From contig CAYNZC010000004.1 of assembly GCA_964401575.1 (NCBI GenBank), positions 3,819 to 67,818 of the forward strand: a stretch of 64,000 bases of DNA, in the 5' to 3' direction. Positions 1 to 7,358 of the stretch are shown one piece after another (positions within the stretch are counted from its first letter, which is position 1; the number at the start of each line of letters is the position of its first letter). This DNA is from an uncultured Verrucomicrobiota bacterium (lineage in GTDB: Bacteria; Verrucomicrobiota; Verrucomicrobiia; Limisphaerales; UBA8199). The translations under genes and the position numbers were made by a program. Below the pieces are notes generated by a model that was not told the DNA's origin, made no database searches, and saw nothing but the letters and a program-made list of their open reading frames with translations.

Positions 1-1
1 C

Positions 2-2002
2 TACCTCGTCCGCAAAGACCTGGTGCGGAAGTACAGCCGTCAGTACCCGGTGCCGACGTACGTGGTGGAGTTTCTGCTGGGGCGCTACTGCGCAACGACG
101 GACGAGAAAGAAATCGAGGAAGGGCTGCAGATTGTCGAGCGGCAGCTCAAGGACCGGACGGTGCGAACGGGCGAGGAGGAGCTGTTTAAAGCACGGTCGC
201 GGGAACGGGGATCGGTGAAGCTGATAGACATCATCAAGGCGAAGCTCGACGCGAAGAATGATTGCTTCCTGGTCGAATTGCCGAGCGTGGGACTGCGGGA
301 CGTGCGGATTGAGGACAAGCTGGTCCACGACAATGAGCGGATGCTAACGGACGGCTTCTATGCAGAGGTGACGCTGAGTTACGACTCGGCCATTGCCGAG
401 GAAAAGAACGGCCGCCCATTTGCGGTAGAGGGGCTGCGACCGATTCAGCTTTCAAAGCCGGATGTGCTGGAGACTTTGCATGAGGGCCGCAAGAGGTTCG
501 GGCTATCGGAGTGGATGGACTTTCTGCTGCGATCGGTCGGGCTGGAGCCGGAGGCGCTGTCTGACCGGGCGAAATGGGTGACGCTACTGCGGATGGTGCC
601 TTTCGTGGAGAGGAACTTCAACCTGGTAGAGCTTGGACCGCGAGGGACCGGCAAGAGCCACTTGTATCAGCAGGTTTCGCCTTACTCGCACCTGATTTCC
701 GGCGGGAAGGCGACGGTGGCGAAGATGTTCGTGAATAACGCGAACGGCCAGCGGGGGTTGGTGTGCCATTACGATGTAGTGTGCTTCGACGAGGTATCGG
801 GCATCTCGTTCGACCAGAAGGACGGGGTGAACATCATGAAGGGGTATATGGCGTCCGGGGAGTTTTCGCGAGGGAAAGAGAGCATCCGGGCCTTTGGAAG
901 CATGGTGATGGTAGGGAACTTCGACGTAGACGTTGAGCAGCAGCAACGGATTGGGCACCTGCTAAGCCCGCTGCCGCCGGAAATGCGGGGAGACACGGCG
1001 TTCATGGATCGAATCCACTGTTATGTCCCGGGTTGGGATTTTCCGAAAGTGAGCGTGCGCGAGCACCTGACGGGGCATTTTGGGCTGGTAAGCGATTTTC
1101 TGGCGGAATGCTGGAACAAATTGCGGAGCGGGAGTCGGGTGTCGGCACTGCAAGGGCGAGTGAACTGGGGCGGAGCGCTGAGCGGACGCGACATCGAAGG
1201 GGTGAACAAGACGGTGAGCGGGCTGATCAAGCTGCTGTATCCGGACCCGGCGATGTCGATACCGGATGCGGAGCTGGAGATGATCGTCCGGCTGGCGCTG
1301 GAGTCGCGCCGGCGAGTGAAAGAGCAGCAAAAGCGGATTTTGCGGACGGAATTTCGGAACACACATTTCAGCTATCACATGGGTGTGGACGGGGTAGAGC
1401 AGTTTGTGTCCACGCCGGAACTGCATAGCGAGAACCGGATCGAAAGCGACCCGCTGCCGCCCGGCCAGGTGTGGACGATCAGCCCCGGGGGCAACGGCGC
1501 CGCGCCGGCGCTTTATCGGCTGGAAGTGACGGTGGGGCCCGGGAGTGGCGTGAGGATACTGAACGCGCCGGTGTCGCCGGGGTTCCGGGAGAGCGTGCGG
1601 TATGGGGAGCAGAACATTTACACGCGGGCAAAGGAGCTGGTTGGCGAACGCGACCCGCGGGCGCATGAATTTTCGGTGCAACTGCGGGCGATGGATGCGG
1701 ACACGTCCGGGCATGGGATCGGCCTCGGGGTGCTGGTGGCGCTGTGCGGGGCGCTGATCGAGCGGAGCGTGAAGGGCGGGCTGATCATCGTGGGGGCGCT
1801 GAACCTGGGCGGTTCGGTGGAGATGATACCGAACCCGGTGGCGATAGCGGAGCTGGCCGTGGAGAAAGGCGCGGCAACAGTACTGATGCCGATTGCCGCG
1901 CGGCGACAGTTATTTGACCTGCCGGACGAGCTAGCGACGAAGATCAGCATCGAGTTCTACGCGGACCCGAAAGATGCGTTTTTGAAGGGGCTGGTGGAGT
2001 GA
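2..2002 (+). CDS. brxL: BREX system Lon protease-like protein BrxL (5'-truncated by window edge)
   Basis: The frame is open from nt 2 (YLVRKDLVRKYSRQYPVPTYVVEFLLGRYC...), so the N-terminus lies upstream. P-loop LGPRGTGKSH, VVCFDEVSG, MKGYMASGEFSRGKE and a C-terminal Lon-protease-like domain (GLIIVGALNLGGSV) match the BrxL family as I remember it. Confidence 0.85.
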   Translation, partial: YLVRKDLVRKYSRQYPVPTYVVEFLLGRYCATTDEKEIEEGLQIVERQLKDRTVRTGEEELFKARSRERGSVKLIDIIKAKLDAKNDCFLVELPSVGLRDVRIEDKLVHDNERMLTDGFYAEVTLSYDSAIAEEKNGRPFAVEGLRPIQLSKPDVLETLHEGRKRFGLSEWMDFLLRSVGLEPEALSDRAKWVTLLRMVPFVERNFNLVELGPRGTGKSHLYQQVSPYSHLISGGKATVAKMFVNNANGQRGLVCHYDVVCFDEVSGISFDQKDGVNIMKGYMASGEFSRGKESIRAFGSMVMVGNFDVDVEQQQRIGHLLSPLPPEMRGDTAFMDRIHCYVPGWDFPKVSVREHLTGHFGLVSDFLAECWNKLRSGSRVSALQGRVNWGGALSGRDIEGVNKTVSGLIKLLYPDPAMSIPDAELEMIVRLALESRRRVKEQQKRILRTEFRNTHFSYHMGVDGVEQFVSTPELHSENRIESDPLPPGQVWTISPGGNGAAPALYRLEVTVGPGSGVRILNAPVSPGFRESVRYGEQNIYTRAKELVGERDPRAHEFSVQLRAMDADTSGHGIGLGVLVALCGALIERSVKGGLIIVGALNLGGSVEMIPNPVAIAELAVEKGAATVLMPIAARRQLFDLPDELATKISIEFYADPKDAFLKGLVE

Positions 2003-2151
2003 AGCGGGAGAATGGCAGCCGGGATGTGGATCGCGCAAAGTCTGGCACAGAGGCGTGAGAGAGAAAGCTGGCGGGAAACCGGAATAAACGCCGGAAGGAA
2101 TGCGGCAGCAGGCCTTGCCGGCGTGGGTATCCGAGGCGCTAAAGCAAAATC

Positions 2152-2748
2152 CTAATCAATGCTCTTGATGCGGATCTTGCGGAACTCGATTTTCATGGGC
2201 AGTCCGCGATGAATCTGGAGGCCGATGGGGCCGGGTTGGTTGTATTTTGGATTGGTGTACTCGCTGGCTTTTTCACCGTTGATCCAGACCGTGTAAGTAT
2301 CGCCTCTAGCCTGAAGTTTGAAGTGATTCCAATCATTTGATTTGACCAGCTTGTTTGCGTTCAGCGCGCGGCCCGACATCGGGTAAGGATCTTTTCCACC
2401 CACGTAGAACGATCCGGTCAGGTCAATCTTCTGGCTGCGGGAAATGCCGATTTGCATCTGGCCTTCCGGTTTGCGGAACATGAAGCCGCTGTCGATTTCG
2501 CCGGACCAGCGCGCGTCGGCTTCGATCACAAAATCTTTATAGTCGGATTCTGTGTAGAGCATGCTGCCGGCATTGGATGCGTCATTTTCGCCGATCAGCA
2601 CGCCGTTTTCGACTTTCCAGAATGGATTTGGGTTGGGGACTTTCCATCCGGTAAGATCCTTGCCGTTCCAGACGAATTCGGCTCCGACCAGTGACAACTG
2701 CGAGGCGACACACACGAGGCCAATACCCAGCGCTTTCAGCATTTTCAT
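2152..2748 (-). CDS. DUF1080 (3-keto-disaccharide hydrolase-like) secreted protein
   Basis: ATG at 2748 gives MKMLKALGIGLVCVASQLSLVGA, a signal peptide. WKVENGVLIG...DFVIEADARW...GFMFR...GPIGLQIH is the concanavalin-like DUF1080 pattern. The longer ORF to 2889 has no supporting features. Confidence 0.75.
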   Translation of the reverse strand: MKMLKALGIGLVCVASQLSLVGAEFVWNGKDLTGWKVPNPNPFWKVENGVLIGENDASNAGSMLYTESDYKDFVIEADARWSGEIDSGFMFRKPEGQMQIGISRSQKIDLTGSFYVGGKDPYPMSGRALNANKLVKSNDWNHFKLQARGDTYTVWINGEKASEYTNPKYNQPGPIGLQIHRGLPMKIEFRKIRIKSID

Positions 2749-2997
2749 GTGCCAATAATGTCCTGCCGCAACTCGATTTGCAACCCACACTTGGTGTGCC
2801 GCGGCATGCGTTCTAACGCATCGGATTCGGGCCGCGGGGGAGCATGGTGATCGGGCGCCGGTGACATTGATCGAGAGTCGCGCAATCATCCTGGGCTGCG
2901 GGGCATCACGGCAGAATGTGCCCGGCGCATTCGAGCGCGGTTTTTGTTCAAAGCCTTGCGAAGGGGAAAAGAGGGGTTACCATGCTCTTTGTCATTC

Positions 2998-3318
2998 ATG
3001 CGAGACGCCGACGAACAAGACATTTGCGCTTACCTTAAGCTATGGCGCGGGCACTTCATTTCCGCCGCTGAAATCTGCCGCCGGGCGGCCACGCGAAAAC
3101 GTTTTGATAAGGACAATCGCTGGGCTTACCCGGTGCTCGAGCGGTTGGTCGAGCAGAAGATTGTAGAGTCGGACACCATGGGGCACTACCGGTACATTGT
3201 TCGTGAGCGCAAAGTCGAGACCCCCCGGCCTTTGTCACCCGAGATACGGGCGATCCTCGAGAGGAGTGGAAAACAATTCGACGGCGTCATCGAGGTTCCC
3301 ACGGACGAGGAAACCTGA
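2998..3318 (+). CDS. Hypothetical small protein (106 aa), possibly winged-helix-like
   Basis: ORF 2944-3318; the ATG at 2998 (MRDADEQDICAYLK...) is preferred. I recognise no family. Coding is supported only by ORF length and an amino-acid composition unlike the GC-shadow ORFs. Confidence 0.45.
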   Translation: MRDADEQDICAYLKLWRGHFISAAEICRRAATRKRFDKDNRWAYPVLERLVEQKIVESDTMGHYRYIVRERKVETPRPLSPEIRAILERSGKQFDGVIEVPTDEET

Positions 3319-3320
3319 AA

Positions 3321-3349
3321 GGGCAGGGGAGTGTTGCCTCCCGCTGCCC
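3321..3349. terminator. GC-rich hairpin between convergent genes
   Basis: gggcaggggag / tgttgc / ctcccgctgccc: an 11-bp stem with one bulged g, 3 nt after the 2998-3318 stop and 27 nt before the 3376 stop. Confidence 0.4.
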
Positions 3350-3375
3350 GGAAAACTTCGATGTGTTGAAGTCAA

Positions 3376-3984
3376 CTATTCCGGTTGCGGAGGCTGCCGG
3401 TCCCGCCTGCGTTCCGGATAGCGGGGCCTGTCCTGCGTGCCGGGCCTATCCTGCGGGCGCTCGCGCGGCCCAAACCGATCCATTGGAGGCCGTTGCGCGC
3501 CAGCCTGCCGGAGTTCCCGTTTTTGTTCCGGCGTGAGCGGGGGGTCAATTTTCGCTAAGGTTTTGGCGGTGGCAACCATACGCTCGGTCTCGAGTTCCGC
3601 GATGATCCTGGCCTGTTTGCGCACAGCTTCTTCGTTGAAATTGCCTTCGAGGCTGGTTTCCATAAGCTCCTTTCGTGCCTCAGCGATCTTCTTCTCGCGG
3701 GCAATGGCTTTCTCGCGGTTATCAGCCATCATCTCACGAACGGAGCTGCGTTGCTCCGGGGTAAGCACTGCCATGAGCCGGGCCAGCGGGTCCGCCCCGG
3801 TTGGTCTGAAGCCCTGCGCCCGTCCGAAACCCGGGCGGTCGGGCGGTCTCTGCGCGTCTCGTCGCGCCTCGGGCCTGTCGCGTTCGGGCCCGTCATCGGC
3901 CGGTTGCGCCAGGACGGGCAATGCCAGCGGCAGGGCCAAGCCCGAGAACACCAGGCGAATCCATTCAATTTTACTTAATCTCAT
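3376..3984 (-). CDS. Periplasmic Spy/CpxP-family (LTxxQ motif) protein
   Basis: Signal peptide MRLSKIEWIRLVFSGLALPLALPVLAQP. Two LTPEQ motifs in predicted helical segments (LTPEQRSSVREMM, LTPEQKRELRQ). Arg/Pro-rich tails. Confidence 0.65.
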   Translation of the reverse strand: MRLSKIEWIRLVFSGLALPLALPVLAQPADDGPERDRPEARRDAQRPPDRPGFGRAQGFRPTGADPLARLMAVLTPEQRSSVREMMADNREKAIAREKKIAEARKELMETSLEGNFNEEAVRKQARIIAELETERMVATAKTLAKIDPPLTPEQKRELRQAGAQRPPMDRFGPRERPQDRPGTQDRPRYPERRRDRQPPQPE

Positions 3985-4415
3985 AGTTATCTCCTTTGTT
4001 GGTTATCTTGCCAGACGCTTGGGGTCCTCGTGTAGTTACAGCCGGCTTCATTCTTTTCTTAATGGGCGGGTGGTTTTGCTTGGCAATGCCGTTTGAACGG
4101 TCTAGGTATAGAGGTGTTCTTTGAAAGAGGCGGGTTTCTCCCGCCGCTATGTCACAGCCGGGCGTCAGGGAACCCTGTGAAAATCAGGGACGGTTGCGCC
4201 ACTGTAACGGGTTGCGAGTTCCCATCGCCACTGGAGGACACTCCGGGAAGGCGGGAGCGAGGTTAAAGCCCGAAGTCAGGATATCGGTCCGGTTGTGCTC
4301 GTCAGGCATGGTCATCCATTTCGTGAGATGTATCGCGATGGATGGGTCATGCCGCTTCTCCGACAAGAGAAGGATGAGGCCAGCCTTCTGCCGGTTGCAG
4401 AAGGGCCGCAGAATG

Positions 4416-4458
4416 CCTTCATTCTCCGTTCGTCGGGGCGTGAAGGTTTTTTTATTTT
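4416..4458 (+). terminator. Hairpin plus U-tract inside the long leader of the 4527 gene (terminator/attenuator-like)
   Basis: ccttca (4416-4421) pairs with tgaagg (4441-4446) and is followed directly by ttttttt-a-tttt (4447-4458). The enclosed 19 nt pair only partly. Confidence 0.35.
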
Positions 4459-4526
4459 CCGTCCCGAACTGGTCTCCAAACGCAAACCGCCCTGTAGGGG
4501 CAAAGCAGGAAAGGCCAGTTCAAAAA

Positions 4527-5519
4527 ATGTGTAGAGCAGCAGTCGCGGCGATGATTTTGGCAGTGTCAGGCATGAGCCTTGCCGCCGCCTCCACGATAGC
4601 AATCAACGAAGATTTTTCTAGCGATCCGTCGTCGCGATGGAGTGTGCTTGGAGACCCCGCCTTGTTTGTCTGGAACAGTACGGCGCAAAACCTCGAGGTG
4701 CAGTGGGATTCCTCGCGTCCGCAGAGTTTTTTTCACTGGCCGATCGGGCGCGCCCTCACGCGTTTGGATAGTTTTTCGTTCGAGCTGGACCTGGTGCTGA
4801 ACGAGTTCTTCGGCGGCCACGAACCGGGCAAGTTCTGGGGAATGCAGATCGCTGTGGGGTTCCTGGATGACAGCGCCACCAACGCATGGTTCTGCCGCCC
4901 CGACGGCTCGGCGAGAGACGTCTTCGAGATAAACTGCTACCCGCCGGATTACCCCACGATTGCGCCCTCGCTGATTTCATCGGGCACGAACTATGCCTTT
5001 AAGTACCAGTCTGAATACACGATGGAGTTCCCGCTGAACACGGTTGTGCATTTGTCCATGCAGTATGATGCCGAGTTGCAGTGTTTGAACGCTGTCTGGA
5101 CCACCAACGGTGTGGTGCTGGGAGTTCCGCATACGTTCCGGCTCGCGAACCCGGATGTGAGCAATTTCGGGGAAGCGGACGACTACGAGGTCAGGATGTT
5201 CTCCATCAGCAACTACAGGAGCAACGAAGCCGGCGACTGGGGTTGCTCGGTGTTTGCCAGGGGTGTCGTGGATAATGTCCGCGTCACCATTCCGCCAAGG
5301 TCTCCGGTCAGTTTTCTGCGCTACGACCTGACGCAACATCCCCGAACCGTCACTTTTCGCAGCCTGCAGGATTACACCTATGCCTTGGAACGGTCGGAAG
5401 ACTTTTTGAACTGGAGTCCTGTGGTCGAAAATGTGCCCGGCACCGGGGGGGACATTATAATGGCGGATACAGATGCGCCTGCAGACAGGGCCTTTTATCG
5501 TGTTCGCGCGAGCAAATAA
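4527..5519 (+). CDS. Secreted hypothetical protein with C-terminal FYRV-ending module
   Basis: ATG at 4527 gives [22 protein letters not shown], a signal peptide. The upstream 126 codons of ORF 4149 have no signal or features. The C-terminus ...[48 protein letters not shown] resembles the tails of the 7359 and 37836 proteins. Confidence 0.7.
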   Translation: MCRAAVAAMILAVSGMSLAAASTIAINEDFSSDPSSRWSVLGDPALFVWNSTAQNLEVQWDSSRPQSFFHWPIGRALTRLDSFSFELDLVLNEFFGGHEPGKFWGMQIAVGFLDDSATNAWFCRPDGSARDVFEINCYPPDYPTIAPSLISSGTNYAFKYQSEYTMEFPLNTVVHLSMQYDAELQCLNAVWTTNGVVLGVPHTFRLANPDVSNFGEADDYEVRMFSISNYRSNEAGDWGCSVFARGVVDNVRVTIPPRSPVSFLRYDLTQHPRTVTFRSLQDYTYALERSEDFLNWSPVVENVPGTGGDIIMADTDAPADRAFYRVRASK

Positions 5520-5521
5520 GT

Positions 5522-6343
5522 ATGAGCGTCCGCTCAAAACCGGCCTTTCAACGAACGCGGGGAAGCCGTATCCCGGCTTCCCCGGCTCATCGCACCGCTT
5601 TCACCCTGGTGGAACTGCTGGTGGTCATTGCGGTGATCGGCATCCTTGCCGCGTTGCTGCTACCTGCGCTTGCGCAGGCCAAAGCCACCGCGTGGCGTGC
5701 GGATTGCGTGTCGAATCTGCGCCAACTCGCCCTGGCCACGCAGCTCTACTGGAGCGAGAGCGGCGGCAACTGCTTTCCCGCCACTTATGGCAATGCCGGC
5801 GCGACAAACAATGGCCGCACGTACTGGGTGGGCTGGATCAGCAACGGGCAGGAGCAGTCGCGGTTGATTGATTTTTCCGCCGGGCCGCTGTATCCGTTTC
5901 TCAGGGACAACCCCGTTCGGCTTTGCTCTTCGCTGAAGTACGAGCTCGGCAAGTTCAAGCTCAAGGCCAGGGTGCCTGTTTCCGGATACGGCTACAATCG
6001 CGCCCTTGCCCCGGATCCGGGCGCAAAGCCCGCAAATGCAAACGCCATGGCCAACCCATCGGGCACGGTTCTTTTTGCAGATGCTGCCCAGGTGAACGAT
6101 TTCCAGTCTCCCGCATCGCCATCCAACCCAATGCTCGAGGAATACTACTTCATCACTGGGGCGTCGAATTTTACCAGCCGGTCCTACTATCCCAACGGGC
6201 ACTTCAGACATTCTGGAAAGGCAAACGCCCTCTTTTGCGACGGACATGTTGAACCCGAGAAGATGGTTTCAGGGTCGCTGGACAAACGGCTTCCCGCGCA
6301 AAAAGTTGGAACGCTGCGTCCCGAGATATTCAGCGGGCGTTGA
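5522..6343 (+). CDS. Prepilin-type N-terminal cleavage/methylation domain protein, H-X9-DG family (DUF1559-like)
   Basis: [25 protein letters not shown] pilin-like N-terminus. C-terminal [13 protein letters not shown] fits H-X9-DG exactly. It starts 2 nt after the preceding stop codon. Confidence 0.85.
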   Translation: MSVRSKPAFQRTRGSRIPASPAHRTAFTLVELLVVIAVIGILAALLLPALAQAKATAWRADCVSNLRQLALATQLYWSESGGNCFPATYGNAGATNNGRTYWVGWISNGQEQSRLIDFSAGPLYPFLRDNPVRLCSSLKYELGKFKLKARVPVSGYGYNRALAPDPGAKPANANAMANPSGTVLFADAAQVNDFQSPASPSNPMLEEYYFITGASNFTSRSYYPNGHFRHSGKANALFCDGHVEPEKMVSGSLDKRLPAQKVGTLRPEIFSGR

Positions 6344-6513
6344 TGGGCCTGTTGCGTCCCTGCTTGTGTGCCTGAATTCACATCGGGGGTTGTGCGTCGG
6401 ATGTCACGGAGTCAGGACTTGTGGCGGTCGGGACGGGACGGGGCTATGATAGGCCAAGAGCCGGATTGAAAATTACAGCGAAATGTGATTCTTTTTACGA
6501 AACAGGGGTAACT

Positions 6514-7317
6514 ATGAAAAAAGCCAGGATTATTGCAGCCACTTGCGCCATAGCACTCATGGTGCTGATCTCGGGATGTTCAACAGTGCCGGTCACAGGC
6601 CGGTCACAACTGAACATTGTTTCCGCGAGCCAGGAAATGCAGCTTGGACTCAGCGGGTTCGAGGAGCTTAAGAAGGAAACACCGATTGAACGCGACCCGC
6701 AGATCAACTCCATGGTTCAGCGTGTCGGTCAGCAGATTGCCAGGGTCACGGCCAAGGACATGCCGGATGCCCAGTGGGAGTTCGTGGTTTTTCAAAGCAA
6801 GGAGGCCAACGCATTTTGTCTGCCGGGTGGAAAGGTGGGGATCTACACCGGCATACTGCCGATTACAAAGAACGAGGCCGGGATGGCAACTGTGATGGCT
6901 CACGAGGTGGCTCATGCGGTGGCCCACCATGGGGCGGAGCGAATGAGTGAAGCCCTGCTCATGGAGGGCGGCGGACAGGTGCTGGGAGCGGCTGTGTCCG
7001 CTTACAATCCCACATGGAGCCAGGCCGCCGTGCTGGCCTATGGTGTCGGCTCAAAGGTTGGGCGTGAACTGCCGCATAGCCGAAAGCAGGAATCCGAGGC
7101 GGATCACATCGGGCTCATCTATATGGCCCGGGCCGGATACAACCCGCAGGAAGCGGTCGAATTCTGGAAGCGTTTCATGGAATTCAACAACGCCTCGGGC
7201 GGCTCCAGCGTCCCTGCCTTCCTCCGAACGCATCCCCTGGACACCCAGCGGATTCAACAACTCCAAAACCTGATGCCGGAAGCCCAGCGCGAGTTTCAGC
7301 GCAGCACCGCCAAGTAA
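6514..7317 (+). CDS. M48 family zinc metallopeptidase lipoprotein
   Basis: ATG at 6514: MKKARIIAATCAIALMVLISGCS (lipobox). HEVAHAVAHH zinc motif. ESEADHIGLIYMARAGYNP is typical of M48. Confidence 0.85.
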   Translation: MKKARIIAATCAIALMVLISGCSTVPVTGRSQLNIVSASQEMQLGLSGFEELKKETPIERDPQINSMVQRVGQQIARVTAKDMPDAQWEFVVFQSKEANAFCLPGGKVGIYTGILPITKNEAGMATVMAHEVAHAVAHHGAERMSEALLMEGGGQVLGAAVSAYNPTWSQAAVLAYGVGSKVGRELPHSRKQESEADHIGLIYMARAGYNPQEAVEFWKRFMEFNNASGGSSVPAFLRTHPLDTQRIQQLQNLMPEAQREFQRSTAK

Positions 7318-7358
7318 TGCGGGGACGCCCGGATGTTTGCGGGGTACGCTGGCGCGTC

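Noticed and set aside
962-1714. 250-aa minus-strand ORF inside brxL
   Set aside because: It is antisense to BrxL; a Pro/Arg/His-rich shadow frame.
2089-2123. Possible hairpin terminator between brxL and the convergent DUF1080 gene
   Set aside because: The arms cgccggaagg / ccttgccggcg need a bulge and a 14-nt loop, and no U-tract follows. This is too weak to call in a GC-rich background.
4070-4100. Sigma-54-like TGGCA...TTG element (ttggcaatgccgtttga) in the long intergenic region
   Set aside because: The GG-to-GC spacing does not fit the -24/-12 consensus: the position 10 nt downstream of GG is TT, not GC.
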